Both the position numbers and the translations under genes were made by a program. From Deltaproteobacteria bacterium (lineage in GTDB: Bacteria > Desulfobacterota > Desulfobacteria > Desulfobacterales > Desulfosarcinaceae), in NCBI GenBank assembly GCA_002747175.1, contig PDTK01000031.1, positions 30,304 through 94,303 of the forward strand: a stretch of 64,000 bases of DNA, in the 5' to 3' direction. The first letter of the stretch is position 1; each line of letters starts with the position of its first letter. Below, in pieces: positions 1 through 10,425 of this stretch. The notes beneath the pieces are model-generated. The model was not told the DNA's origin and made no database searches. It was given only the letters and a program-made list of their open reading frames with translations.

Positions 1-1516
1 GGTTAAAACCGTCCATGGATTCCCGGCGGGCCAGCATCTCGTCGATGACTGCCGACCAGTTGCCCCCGCGCAGGGCCTCTTGTTCTCCGGTCACAACGGG
101 GTGCACCGGGATCCGGTAGGCAATCTGCCCGGCGCCGGTCGTTCGCCGACGGACAGCCACGGAGGATGCCAGCTTGCTGAACTTATCACCCAGCACATCG
201 GCTGCCGGGCCCGTCCCGGAAAAATGGATCTCGATTTCCGCATCCACCGCCGCCTTGCGTAACCGATTGGCCGCCCGGACCAAATCGGCTTCCATGGTGG
301 CGGCAACGCGATCCTCATCTTTTCTTCGGGGCATTCCATCCCGGCGGCTGCCGATCCATCTGGCCGCACGCATCGCCAGGCGCACCGGGCTTTCCACCAC
401 CCGTCCGGTCTTGCGCATGAATTTCACATGGGACGGATCGGTATCCTGCCATATGCGGGAGAAGCGGCGAACCACCGCATCCATGGGAAGATGTGCCAGG
501 GCCTCCTGGACACGTTGCCGCTGAACCGTGCGCAACCCTTGAAGATAGAAGGCCAGATGATCAGCGGATTCTCTGGCTTCCCGCAGAAAACCCCGTCCCT
601 GACGAACCACATCTTCGAAAACAGACCGGTGCAGATCGCCTCTGATCTTGCGGGGATCCATCTGTTTCAGCGCATCCATGAGACCCAGGCAGGTATCGCC
701 CATGGGAAGAATCGTCACGGGTCGCTCTCCGGCGGCCACCCGGTTGTCCTCACCGGCCCGATATACCCCCAATACATGTGAGCCGGCCCGTTCGCCGTAT
801 ATCTGGCGAGCCACCGTACCGGCATGATCGAGGATCTCGGCATCGCTGAGGGCGGAACAGGCCCGATAGACCAACATGCTGTCACGGGTGCCCACGGCGG
901 TGAGCATGCGGGCAATGAAATCGGTATTGTCCCGGTTGTTATAGTTGGCGTTGGTAAAAATATAGATCAATACATCGGCTGCGCCCAGGGATTGTTCGGC
1001 CATTTCGCGGTTCTGGTAGTTGCCGCCGGCACCGGTGTCAAAGTCGGGCGTATCCAGCAGCGCCAGGCAGGCAGGCAGGCCATCGGCATAGTGCAGCAAG
1101 GGAGATCCCGTATCGGTGAGCTGGGCCGCCGAGGACAGGGTCTGTGCCGAACAGCCGAAAGGTTCGACCAGTGCATCGGCCACCCCGGCCCGCTCCCGGT
1201 GGGCCTCGGCAAGGGCGATCAGGGGCCGTCGATTGATGCCGGCCCGCCCCCCGGCAGGAGAAACGGCTTCGCCCACCAAGGTGTTGAAAAGGGTTGATTT
1301 GCCTGAGGATCCGCCCCCGCATATGGCCGCCACGAGGGGGAAGTCAGGCCTCAGACGGGGAATCAGACGGGACTCGATGGCCCGCTGCCAGGCCGCCACG
1401 GCCGGCTGCGAGTCCAGGGCCAGCAACCCGGCCAACGACCCGGCAGTCGTTTTCAGGGCATCTAACGCACGGACGGTGCGGTCATCGTATAAAAGGTCCA
1501 CGTCCCTCCCCATCAT
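1..1516 (-). CDS. Dynamin/Era-like P-loop GTPase, 3' end outside window; absent from ORF track
   Basis: Manual translation from ATG at 1516 (MMGRDVDLLY...) stays open to base 1; G1 GGGSSGKSTLFN, G3 LLDTPDFD, then ADVLIYIFTNANYNN and a helical C-terminal region. Confidence 0.85.
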   Translation of the reverse strand, partial: MMGRDVDLLYDDRTVRALDALKTTAGSLAGLLALDSQPAVAAWQRAIESRLIPRLRPDFPLVAAICGGGSSGKSTLFNTLVGEAVSPAGGRAGINRRPLIALAEAHRERAGVADALVEPFGCSAQTLSSAAQLTDTGSPLLHYADGLPACLALLDTPDFDTGAGGNYQNREMAEQSLGAADVLIYIFTNANYNNRDNTDFIARMLTAVGTRDSMLVYRACSALSDAEILDHAGTVARQIYGERAGSHVLGVYRAGEDNRVAAGERPVTILPMGDTCLGLMDALKQMDPRKIRGDLHRSVFEDVVRQGRGFLREARESADHLAFYLQGLRTVQRQRVQEALAHLPMDAVVRRFSRIWQDTDPSHVKFMRKTGRVVESPVRLAMRAARWIGSRRDGMPRRKDEDRVAATMEADLVRAANRLRKAAVDAEIEIHFSGTGPAADVLGDKFSKLASSVAVRRRTTGAGQIAYRIPVHPVVTGEQEALRGGNWSAVIDEMLARRESMDGFN

Positions 1517-1552
1517 TTGTTGATTGCGATTTGCGGTTCACCGTCCCCCGAT

Positions 1553-2485
1553 TCACCTCATTCGATCCCAAAATGCCTTCCCCGCCGCGTTCTGGCGGTT
1601 GCCGCCCGGAGGCGGGGGCGGGTTCGAGGGGCCGCTCGACGGCTGACCGCCCCGTAATCGGCGGACGCGCTCGTCCATGGGCGGATGGGTGGAAAACAGG
1701 CTTTGCAGGCTCTTGCCGGACAGGGGGTTGACGATGAACATATGCGCCGTAGAGGGATTGGCCGCCATGGGAATACGCCGGGCATAACCGCCGAGTTTTT
1801 CCAGGGCCTGTGCCAGTCCTTCGGGGCTGCCGGCAATGCGGGCGCCGGTGGCGTCCGCCAGGTATTCCCGGGAACGGGAAACGGCCATCTGGATGATCAT
1901 GGCCGCCACAGGAGCGATGATGGACATGGCGATCATGCCGATGGCCCCCATGCCGCCCTGGTCATCATCCCGGTGCACGCCGCCAAACATGGCTGAAAAG
2001 CGCGCCATGGAGGCCAGCAGCATGATGGCGCCGGCCATGGTGGCGGCGATGGTACCGATGAGAATATCACGATTTTTCACATGGGCCAGTTCGTGGGCCA
2101 GTACCCCCATCACCTCCTGGCGGTTCATGAGATTCATCAGACCCTGGGTGACGGCCACCACGGCATTGTCGGGATTACGGCCGGTGGCGAATGCGTTGGG
2201 GGCCTCCTTGGGGATGATGTAGACCCTGGGCATGGGCAATTCGGCCCGGGCCGCCAGCGTTTGCACCATTTTGTACAACTCGGGAGCCTGTTGGGGGGTG
2301 GCTTCTTGTGCCCGGTACATTTTGAGAACGATCTTGTCCGAATACCAATAGCTGAAAAAATTCATTCCGGCCGCGAAAATCAGGGCGAGAACCATTCCCT
2401 GGTGTCCCCCCAACAGGTTGCCCACGATCATGATGAATACCGTCATCACAGTCAGCAACAACATGGTTTTAATCTGGTTGCCCAT
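1553..2485 (-). CDS. htpX: Zinc metalloprotease HtpX (M48)
   Basis: [15 protein letters not shown] zinc motif, [15 protein letters not shown]; start MGNQIKT after a GGAG RBS. Confidence 0.96.
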   Translation of the reverse strand: MGNQIKTMLLLTVMTVFIMIVGNLLGGHQGMVLALIFAAGMNFFSYWYSDKIVLKMYRAQEATPQQAPELYKMVQTLAARAELPMPRVYIIPKEAPNAFATGRNPDNAVVAVTQGLMNLMNRQEVMGVLAHELAHVKNRDILIGTIAATMAGAIMLLASMARFSAMFGGVHRDDDQGGMGAIGMIAMSIIAPVAAMIIQMAVSRSREYLADATGARIAGSPEGLAQALEKLGGYARRIPMAANPSTAHMFIVNPLSGKSLQSLFSTHPPMDERVRRLRGGQPSSGPSNPPPPPGGNRQNAAGKAFWDRMR

Positions 2486-2688
2486 CTTTTTTTCTCCTTG
2501 ATGCATGGTGTATCATTGGGCCAACGGCAAGCGATCACGGGATGTATCGCTTTTAAAACGCCGCTTAAATTATAACACCTATTTGTCCCAAGGCAACCGC
2601 GGTATTTCGAATCCGATTCCGATAGCGGTTTCGTCCAAATCCGGTGATTGTCCGGATTTTGCAGATTTCGATTCGGACGTGATAAGTC

Positions 2689-2717
2689 TTGCCAAATGTC
2701 GCGTGACATGCTAGGTT
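2689..2717 (+). promoter_or_regulatory. Putative sigma70 promoter of fhs
   Basis: TTGCCA-N17-TAGGTT with TG extension; spacer contains the palindrome ATGTC-GCGT-GACAT. Confidence 0.45.
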
Positions 2718-2729
2718 CATTAATTACAA

Positions 2730-2747
2730 TCGTGCAAAGGTTCATGA
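2730..2747. promoter_or_regulatory. Rex-box-like operator upstream of fhs
   Basis: TCGTGCA-AAGG-TTCATGA, two mismatches to TCGTGAA-N4-TTCACGA. Confidence 0.5.
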
Positions 2748-2805
2748 TGAATGGATATAAAGTTCCTCATCATTAAATCATTAACTTATAAGGAGGATTG
2801 GATAG

Positions 2806-4569
2806 ATGGCTTACGATGCGGTTAACATGGCAGACTGGCAGATTTCCGAAGAAGCCGAAAAAAACATGCCAACACCGGAAGAATGGGGCGAAAAACTGGG
2901 CCTGGCCGCAGGCGAACTGCTCCCCATGGGCCGCTTGGCCAAACTGGATTTTCTCAAGATCATCGATCGCCTTAAAGACAAACCCGACGGCAAGTACATT
3001 GAAGTCACCGCCATCACACCGACCCCGCTGGGTGAAGGCAAATCCACCACCTCCTGCGGCCTGATGGAAGGTCTGGGCAAACGCGGCAAAAACGTCGGTG
3101 GCGCCCTGCGCCAGCCCTCCGGCGGCCCCACCATGAACGTCAAGGGTACCGCGGCCGGCGGCGGTAACAGCCTGCTGATTCCCATGACCGAATTTTCCCT
3201 GGGGCTCACCGGCGACATCAACGACATCATGAACGCCCATAACCTGGCCATGGTGGCAATGACTTCACGCATGCAGCACGAGCGTAACTACAATGACGAG
3301 CAGCTCAAACGCCTGACCGGTATGCGCCGCCTCGACATCGATCCCACCCGTGTGGAAATGGGCTGGGTTATCGACTTCTGCGCCCAGGCCCTTCGTAACA
3401 TCATCATCGGCATCGGCGGCCGCTTCGACGGTTTTACCATGCAGTCCAAATTCGGCATTGCCGTGGGCTCCGAGTGTATGGCCATCCTGGCTGTCATCCG
3501 CAACCTGGCCGACCTGAAAGAGCGCCTGAACAACATCACCGTGGCTTTCGACAAATCCGGTAACCCGGTAACCACCGGCGACCTGGAAGTCGGCAATGCC
3601 ATGGCCGCTTTCATGCGCAACACCATCAACCCGACCATGATGTGCACCGCCGAATATAATCCCTGCCTGGTGCACGCCGGACCGTTCGCCAACATCGCTG
3701 TGGGACAAAGTTCCATCATCGCCGACCGCGTCGGCCTGAAACTCTTCGATTACCACGTTACCGAGTCCGGATTCGGCGCCGATATCGGCTTCGAAAAATT
3801 CTGGAACGTCAAGAGCCGTTTCTCCGGCCTCAAACCACACGTCTCTGTTCTGACCACCACGGTCCGCGCCCTGAAGATGCACGGCGGCGGCCCCCCAGTC
3901 GTGACCGGAAAAGCCCTGCCCGACGCGTACACCAAAGAAAACCTGGAATGGGTGGAAAAGGGCTGCGAGAACATGGTGCACCACATCAACACCATCCGCA
4001 AAGCCGGCATCAACCCGGTGGTCTGCATCAACCGCTTCTACACGGATACCGATGCCGAGTGCGCCGTTATCAAACGGGTGGCCGAGGCTGCCGGTGCGCG
4101 TTGCGCGGTTTCCAGACACTGGGAGCTGGGTGGCGAGGGTGCTCTGGAATTCGCCGATGCCGTCATCGACGCCTGTGAAGAAGAGAACGACTTCAAATTC
4201 CTCTACCCGCTGGAAATGAAGCTGCGTGATCGCGTCGACCTCATCGCCAAGGAAGTCTACGGCGCCGACGGCGTTGCCTGGGATGCCGCAGCCGAGTCCA
4301 AGGCCAAGATGCTGGAAAATGATCCCAAGTACGCCGACTTCGCTACCATGATGGTCAAAACCCATGAGAGCCTTAGCCATGATAAAACCATCAAGGGCGC
4401 ACCCAAGGGCTGGACCCTGCCCATTCGCGACGTGCTGATCTATTCCGGCGCCAAGTTCCTGTGCCCCTGTGCCGGTCCCATCAGCCTGATGCCGGGAACC
4501 GGATCCAACCCGGCCTACCGCCGCATTGACGTTGACCCGGTGGACGGCAAGGTTACCGGTCTGTTCTAA
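2806..4569 (+). CDS. fhs: Formate--tetrahydrofolate ligase
   Basis: [46 protein letters not shown]. Confidence 0.97.
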   Translation: MAYDAVNMADWQISEEAEKNMPTPEEWGEKLGLAAGELLPMGRLAKLDFLKIIDRLKDKPDGKYIEVTAITPTPLGEGKSTTSCGLMEGLGKRGKNVGGALRQPSGGPTMNVKGTAAGGGNSLLIPMTEFSLGLTGDINDIMNAHNLAMVAMTSRMQHERNYNDEQLKRLTGMRRLDIDPTRVEMGWVIDFCAQALRNIIIGIGGRFDGFTMQSKFGIAVGSECMAILAVIRNLADLKERLNNITVAFDKSGNPVTTGDLEVGNAMAAFMRNTINPTMMCTAEYNPCLVHAGPFANIAVGQSSIIADRVGLKLFDYHVTESGFGADIGFEKFWNVKSRFSGLKPHVSVLTTTVRALKMHGGGPPVVTGKALPDAYTKENLEWVEKGCENMVHHINTIRKAGINPVVCINRFYTDTDAECAVIKRVAEAAGARCAVSRHWELGGEGALEFADAVIDACEEENDFKFLYPLEMKLRDRVDLIAKEVYGADGVAWDAAAESKAKMLENDPKYADFATMMVKTHESLSHDKTIKGAPKGWTLPIRDVLIYSGAKFLCPCAGPISLMPGTGSNPAYRRIDVDPVDGKVTGLF

Positions 4570-4596
4570 CGCCACAGACCATCGTTTCACATTCAT

Positions 4597-4625
4597 GGCC
4601 CGGGCTTTTGCCCGGGCCTTTTTTT
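4597..4625 (+). terminator. Intrinsic terminator of fhs
   Basis: GGCCCGGGC-TTTT-GCCCGGGCC followed by a T run. Confidence 0.85.
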
Positions 4626-4961
4626 GACAGATGCCCTGGAAATCATAAATTTGTGTAGGAACCTGGGCGTTCTGCAGCCTGATCCGGACCCCTTCCACAC
4701 CGAGAACCGTGTGACCCTGATCGTCCACCGTCTCCGTATAGATGTCCCAGAGGTAAGGGCGGCCGTCTGATCCGGGGCCAGTGCCACCGCCGGCGGAGCA
4801 AAATCGATGGTTACACCCACAGGCAGCGAATCGCGATTGACGAGGCATAAAATCCCTTTTCAAAAGGATCGTACACAAGTGAAGGCAAATACGCTCTTGA
4901 CACCATTTCTTCTTTGGTGATATTTAGATTAATTTTTGTTGATCCCGGTGCAGAATCTAAT

Positions 4962-5004
4962 TCCTTGCTCCGGTAATTGACCGGGGCTGCAAGCCACAAG
5001 GAGG
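4962..5004 (+). promoter_or_regulatory. rpsF leader (S6:S18-binding cis-regulatory RNA)
   Basis: CCTTG pairs with CAAGG overlapping the SD; inner stem CTCCGG/CCGGGG; CCA in the loop just 5' of the SD; directly upstream of rpsF. Confidence 0.65.
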
Positions 5005-5008
5005 TTGT

Positions 5009-5497
5009 ATGAAGCGGTACGAAACCATTATCATCATCGACCCGGACGCATCGAAGGATATTGAGGCGCCCATTTTCGAACGGGTCGACGAGCTGATCCC
5101 CCAGTACGACGGGTTCCTCATCGAAACAGATGACTGGGGCACCAAGAAACTGGCCTATGAAATCAAAAAGAAAAATCGCGGCCACTATGTAAGGTTCGAT
5201 TTTTGTGGTGACGGGGCATTGATCCAGGAGATGGAACGGTTTTTCCGAATCAACGACAGGGTCATGAAATTCATGACCGTTCTTTTGGATGGCGATGCCG
5301 ATCTGGAAGCTATCAAGACCGAACTGGCTGAAAAAGAGGCAGCCACACAGGCAGCGGCAGCATCCGAAACGGTGGAGACACCCACCGATGCCGACGCCCC
5401 TGCCGAATCCGAAACACCCGCTGTCGAAACCTCAGCGATTGCTGATGCCGCAGCCGCCGAAGACACCCCAACCGCCGATGATAAGAAAGAGGAGTAA
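5009..5497 (+). CDS. rpsF: 30S ribosomal protein S6 with acidic C-terminal extension
   Basis: MKRYETIII, WGTKKLAYEIKK. Confidence 0.97.
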   Translation: MKRYETIIIIDPDASKDIEAPIFERVDELIPQYDGFLIETDDWGTKKLAYEIKKKNRGHYVRFDFCGDGALIQEMERFFRINDRVMKFMTVLLDGDADLEAIKTELAEKEAATQAAAASETVETPTDADAPAESETPAVETSAIADAAAAEDTPTADDKKEE

Positions 5498-5500
5498 TCC

Positions 5501-5764
5501 ATGGCTGTCTCAAAACCCCGTCCCCGCAGAAGAAAACGTCGCATCTACCATCGCCGCAAGGTCTGCCGCTTCTGTGCCGACCAAAGCCTGGTGATCGATT
5601 ACAAAGACCCCAAGGCCTTGAAATATTTCACCACCGAACGCGGAAAGATCATTCCCCGCAGGATCTCCGGGGCCTGTGCCAAGCACCAGCGGGCGTTGAC
5701 CCACGCCATCAAACGTGCCCGCACCATCGCCCTGTTGCCTTATGTGGGTACATTCGATCTGTAG
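5501..5764 (+). CDS. rpsR: 30S ribosomal protein S18 (zinc-binding form)
   Basis: [27 protein letters not shown]. Confidence 0.98.
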   Translation: MAVSKPRPRRRKRRIYHRRKVCRFCADQSLVIDYKDPKALKYFTTERGKIIPRRISGACAKHQRALTHAIKRARTIALLPYVGTFDL

Positions 5765-5816
5765 CAGATAATGCCCGGCCCGGGGGAATGGCGACGATCC
5801 GTTCCAGGAGAAATGG

Positions 5817-6788
5817 ATGGCACCACTGCCATATCAAGAAGGAATTTCGAAAGACATCGCCACTGGCGTAATGGCGACCCTTGCCATTTTTGCCATGTCG
5901 GTGTTCATGCCCATCGTGGGCTTCCTTTTTTCCATTTTCATTCCCCTGCCGGTCCTGTTTTATCGAACCAAACTGGGGCGGCGCAACGGCCTGCTGGTCC
6001 CGGCGGTCGCCATCGCCTTGATGGGCCTGATTTTCGGCAGAATCACCATGGACATGCTCTTTTTTTGCGGTCTCATGGTGCTGGGATTCACCATGAGCGA
6101 GATGTTCGAAAAAGCGATTTCCGTGGAGATGACCATCCTGGCCACCTGCGCCGTCGTTTTGGGTGCCGTGCTGATCACCATCGTTTTTTACAGCATGGCC
6201 GCCGATACGGGAGTTGTGGCCATGGTAACGGCCTATGTGGCCACGAACCTGGCCTTATCCGTGGAGTTATATAGAGGCATCGGCATGCCTCAGGAAACCA
6301 TTGACGCCATAACCGGATCGCTGGACCAGATTCAATATGTCATGGTGCGTATTCTGCCTTCGTTGGCCGCCGCCGCAACCCTGTTCGCAGCCTGGACCAA
6401 TCTGATCGCAGCCCGGCCCATCATGCAGCGCAGCGGGCTGGCCTACCCGGATTTCGGTCGCCTCAACCACTGGCGGGCGCCCGATATGTTGATTTGGGGT
6501 GTCATCGCCTGCGGCCTGGTCATGCTTGTCCCCGATACGGACATCCGTTTGTTGGGTATCAATGGATTGGTGGTCCTGTTGACCGTTTACTTCATCCAGG
6601 GCATCGCCATTGTTTCCTTCTTTTTCGAAAAAAAGAAGCTCCCACGGACGATCCGCATCGTCTTGTACACCATGATCGCTATTCAGCAGTTTTTTCTGCT
6701 GCTGGTCGTTTGTATCGGCCTGTTCGATATGTGGATCGATTTTCGGAAAATCGACACCAAAAAGCAAGAACCGGACCTGCCGGCCTGA
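5817..6788 (+). CDS. YybS/DUF2232-family membrane protein
   Basis: Multi-TM protein with YFIQGIAIV and GLFDMWIDFRK; usual position between rpsR and rplI. Confidence 0.85.
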   Translation: MAPLPYQEGISKDIATGVMATLAIFAMSVFMPIVGFLFSIFIPLPVLFYRTKLGRRNGLLVPAVAIALMGLIFGRITMDMLFFCGLMVLGFTMSEMFEKAISVEMTILATCAVVLGAVLITIVFYSMAADTGVVAMVTAYVATNLALSVELYRGIGMPQETIDAITGSLDQIQYVMVRILPSLAAAATLFAAWTNLIAARPIMQRSGLAYPDFGRLNHWRAPDMLIWGVIACGLVMLVPDTDIRLLGINGLVVLLTVYFIQGIAIVSFFFEKKKLPRTIRIVLYTMIAIQQFFLLLVVCIGLFDMWIDFRKIDTKKQEPDLPA

Positions 6789-6818
6789 CCGCCTGCGGGT
6801 CTTTTGTGGAGGATAAGA

Positions 6819-7268
6819 ATGAAAGTCATTTTAAAAGAAACCATCAGTTCCTTAGGCATCATCGGAAGTGAAGTCAATGTAGCCAACGGGTATGCCCGCA
6901 ACTATCTTCTGCCACAGGGCAAAGCCGTACCGGCGACCCCTCAGCAGCGCAAGATCCTCGAACAGGAAAAAGCCAAGTTTGAACTCCAGATCGCCAAAGA
7001 AAAAGAGTTTGCCCAGGAGATGGCCAACCGTCTCGAAGCCGTAACGGTAACGATCGCCTCCAAGGTCCACGAACAGGACAAATTGTACGGCTCCGTTTCC
7101 GTTCGGGACATCATTGATGCCCTGTTCAAACAGGATGTCGAAGTGGAAAAACGGATGGTCCTGCTTACCGAACCGATCAAGAACGTCGGTACCTTCAAGG
7201 TTCCCATCCGGGTCTATGAGGGCGTCAAACCGGAAATTACCGTGGAAGTCGTTCCTGAAGAGGCATGA
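6819..7268 (+). CDS. rplI: 50S ribosomal protein L9
   Basis: MKVIL, GYARNYLLPQG, KLYGSVS; GGAGG RBS. Confidence 0.97.
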   Translation: MKVILKETISSLGIIGSEVNVANGYARNYLLPQGKAVPATPQQRKILEQEKAKFELQIAKEKEFAQEMANRLEAVTVTIASKVHEQDKLYGSVSVRDIIDALFKQDVEVEKRMVLLTEPIKNVGTFKVPIRVYEGVKPEITVEVVPEEA

Positions 7269-7281
7269 TCTCGAACCACTG

Positions 7282-7327
7282 GCCGAAAGCGTTTGTACGA
7301 ACCGTACAAACGCTTTCGGCTGTTTTT
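7282..7327 (+). terminator. 18-bp perfect hairpin between rplI and dnaB (terminator/attenuator)
   Basis: GCCGAAAGCGTTTGTACG-AAC-CGTACAAACGCTTTCGGC then TGTTTTT. Confidence 0.7.
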
Positions 7328-7343
7328 CCAATATCGTATCTCT

Positions 7344-8705
7344 ATGCCCGAATCCCCGACAGTGCCCCCTCCAAACCCGGCATTCACCAAACTTCCGCCG
7401 CAAAGCATCGAGGCCGAGGAATCGATTCTCAGCGCCATTTTGATCGATAACAGCACGCTTATTGACATCCTTGAAATTCTATCGGCCGAAGATTTTTACA
7501 AAACCGCCCACCAGACCATTTTCGGGGCTGTCGAAACCCTCTATGCCAAAAGCGAACCGGTAGACCTGGTCACCTTGAGCAATTTGCTCAGGGAGCAGAA
7601 TGCCCTGGAAACCGTCGGGGGCGCCGCCTACCTGGCACGCCTGGTGGATACCGTGCCCATGGCGGTAAACGCCCACCATTATGCCCGCATCATCCATGAC
7701 AAAGCCACCTTGCGGCGCCTGATCGAACGGGCCAACACCATCACCAATCGCTGCTTCGAAGACCGGGGAGAGGTCGAGTCGGTCATCGAGTATGCCCAAA
7801 GCGCCATCTTCGAGCTTTCCGAAGGCAAAACCAAACAGGCCTTTTTTCCAATCAGCAAAATCATCGAATCCAACATCGACGCGCTGGAGGAACGTCAGGG
7901 AAACCGGTCTCTGGTCTCCGGTGTCACCACGGGGTTTACCAGGCTGGACGCCCTGACCTCGGGTTTTCAGAACTCCGACCTGATTATTCTGGCCGCCAGA
8001 CCGGCCATGGGCAAAACCGCCTTTGCCCTCAACATAGCCCGCAACGCCGCCATCGAGGGGGACGTACCGGTGGCCTTATTCTCACTGGAAATGTCCAAAG
8101 AACAACTTTCCATGCGCATGCTCTGCGCCGAAGCCCGCGTGGATTTATCCCGCATCCGCGGCGGTTTCCTCAACCAAGAGGACTGGAGCCGGATCACCGA
8201 TGCCGCCGGCCGTCTCTCCGAAGCGCCGATTTTCATTGATGATTCAACGGATATTTCCTCCACCTCCATCCGCACCAAATCCATGCGCATGAAGATGGAC
8301 AAAGGGCTGGGGCTGATCATCATCGACTATCTCCAACTCATGCGAGGCAACACCAACACCGAACGGCGGGATCTGGAGATTTCGGATATCTCACGTTCAT
8401 TGAAGCTGCTGGCCAAAGAGCTGAACCTTCCGGTGATCGCCCTGTCCCAGTTAAACCGCAAGCTGGAAGAGCGCAGCGACAAACGGCCCCAGCTATCTGA
8501 CCTGAGAGAATCCGGGGCATTGGAGCAGGACGCCGACCTGGTGGCCTTCATCTACCGCGACGAAGTCTACAATCGGGATGAGAACAATCCCAACAAGGGT
8601 ACCGCCGAAATCATCCTGGCCAAGCAACGCAACGGGCCCACCGGTATCGCGTCCCTGGCATTCCTTAAATCCTACACCCGCTTCGAGAATCTGGCCACGG
8701 AATGA
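7344..8705 (+). CDS. dnaB: Replicative DNA helicase DnaB
   Basis: PPQSIEAE, AARPAMGKT, IIIDYLQLM, SDLRESGALEQDAD, KQRNGP. Confidence 0.98.
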   Translation: MPESPTVPPPNPAFTKLPPQSIEAEESILSAILIDNSTLIDILEILSAEDFYKTAHQTIFGAVETLYAKSEPVDLVTLSNLLREQNALETVGGAAYLARLVDTVPMAVNAHHYARIIHDKATLRRLIERANTITNRCFEDRGEVESVIEYAQSAIFELSEGKTKQAFFPISKIIESNIDALEERQGNRSLVSGVTTGFTRLDALTSGFQNSDLIILAARPAMGKTAFALNIARNAAIEGDVPVALFSLEMSKEQLSMRMLCAEARVDLSRIRGGFLNQEDWSRITDAAGRLSEAPIFIDDSTDISSTSIRTKSMRMKMDKGLGLIIIDYLQLMRGNTNTERRDLEISDISRSLKLLAKELNLPVIALSQLNRKLEERSDKRPQLSDLRESGALEQDADLVAFIYRDEVYNRDENNPNKGTAEIILAKQRNGPTGIASLAFLKSYTRFENLATE

Positions 8706-10345
8706 GATCGGTCTACGGCAGCAGGCTGGGGCTCAAAGCCAGCCAGATCAAGCGACTGGAGAACCTGGGTCACCGGCGGGTTCCGCCCCAGACAATTGTC
8801 TCCTACGAGGTGTGCCGGGACCTGTGCCTGCTCTCCCATGAGATCGGTCGCCAGATCGGCCTGCTCATCGACCGCAGCGGAAAAATTGTACTGGTACTGC
8901 TGGGCGATGTGGACCGCATTCTTATACCCGATCTGAGAGAATACCGGCTGGCCTCTGATCGGCTGCGCGGCATCCGATGCGTGCACACAACCCTGACCGC
9001 CCGGGAACTGACCCAGGACGACCTGACGGACCTGGCCCTTTTGCGATTAGATCTCATGGCTGCCGTCACCATGACCCAGGACGGTGCCGCAGACCGAATC
9101 CACTGGGCGCATATCCTGCCCGGAGCCAGCGAAACGGCACCCTACCGAATCATGGAGCCGGTGGCGCCCTTCAAGCCTGAAGTGGGCTGCGCCGACCTGA
9201 TCCAGGCCCTGGAAAACGAACTGGCCCGCAGAAAAAAACGGGTCTCCCACAGACCGGGAGCCGAACGCGCCCTGCTGGTAAGCGTCTTTTCCGGCCCACG
9301 CAAAAAGGCCCTCGATTCGCTGGAAGAACTCATGGAGTTGACCCGCACGGCACAAATCATCGTCCTGGATACAGTCTTACAACAACGCAAAAAGGCCGAC
9401 CCACGCTTTCTGATGGGCAGCGGTAAACTGGATGAGCTGTCCATTACCGCGCTGCATCGCGGGGCCACCATGCTGATCTTCGACCAGGAACTCAACCCAT
9501 CCCAGGCACGCTCCATTGCCGATCGCACGGAGATCAAAGTCATTGACCGGACCCAACTGATCCTGGACATTTTCGCCCAGCGTGCCAAAAGCCGGGAAGG
9601 CAAGCTGCAAGTTGAGCTGGCCCAACTCAAATACATCCTGCCCCGGCTGGCGACCAAAGACACCGCCATGTCCCGCCTGACCGGCGGGATCGGCGGCCGC
9701 GGACCGGGTGAAACCCGGCTGGAAATCAACCGTCGGCGGGCTCGGGATCGTATTCGCCGGCTGGAAAAATCCGTGGCCACGGTACAAAAAAACCGTCACA
9801 TGCAGCGCAGCCGGCGCAACAAGCGCGGTCTGCCCGTGATCTCCATCATCGGTTACACCAATGCAGGCAAATCCACTCTGCTCAACCAATTGACCCAAAG
9901 CCGGGTACTGGCCGAAGACAAACTTTTCGCAACACTGGATCCTTCCAGCCGCCGCCTGCGGTTTCCCCAGGATATCGAAGTGATCATTACCGACACCGTC
10001 GGCTTCATCCGCGATCTGCCCAAAGAATTGATGGCCGCTTTCAAAGCCACCCTGGAAGAATTGGAAAACGCCGATGTCCTGTTGCACGTCATCGATATCA
10101 GCAACCCACGCCATGCGGCCCAGATCCGGTCGGTGGAAACCATTCTCAACGATTTGAACCTGAGCGCCATCCCCGTCATCCGAGTCCTCAACAAGATGGA
10201 TCGTATAGATTCGGAGCAGTGCCGCCAGTTGACCCGGCGATTGGACGGCATCGCTGTCAGCGCACTGGAACGACCGTCGCTGAAACCCTTGTCCCGGGCC
10301 ATGCAGGCGGCCGTCGAGCATCTGAATCTGCGTTTTAACCGATAA
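8702..10345 (+). CDS. hflX: GTPase HflX (long N-terminal form)
   Basis: GIGGRGPGE, GYTNAGKST, LFATLD, TDTVGF, NKMD. Confidence 0.95.
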   Translation: MRSVYGSRLGLKASQIKRLENLGHRRVPPQTIVSYEVCRDLCLLSHEIGRQIGLLIDRSGKIVLVLLGDVDRILIPDLREYRLASDRLRGIRCVHTTLTARELTQDDLTDLALLRLDLMAAVTMTQDGAADRIHWAHILPGASETAPYRIMEPVAPFKPEVGCADLIQALENELARRKKRVSHRPGAERALLVSVFSGPRKKALDSLEELMELTRTAQIIVLDTVLQQRKKADPRFLMGSGKLDELSITALHRGATMLIFDQELNPSQARSIADRTEIKVIDRTQLILDIFAQRAKSREGKLQVELAQLKYILPRLATKDTAMSRLTGGIGGRGPGETRLEINRRRARDRIRRLEKSVATVQKNRHMQRSRRNKRGLPVISIIGYTNAGKSTLLNQLTQSRVLAEDKLFATLDPSSRRLRFPQDIEVIITDTVGFIRDLPKELMAAFKATLEELENADVLLHVIDISNPRHAAQIRSVETILNDLNLSAIPVIRVLNKMDRIDSEQCRQLTRRLDGIAVSALERPSLKPLSRAMQAAVEHLNLRFNR

Positions 10346-10425
10346 CGGCCAAAAGCCAATCGCCTATTTTAGATTCGACAATTCGGTTGACAGACAGGGA
10401 GAAATATTTGTAAAAAATTTTTCTT

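Noticed and set aside
3265-4878. 537-aa minus-strand ORF
   Set aside because: Antisense shadow of fhs caused by GC-rich codon bias; no recognisable motifs
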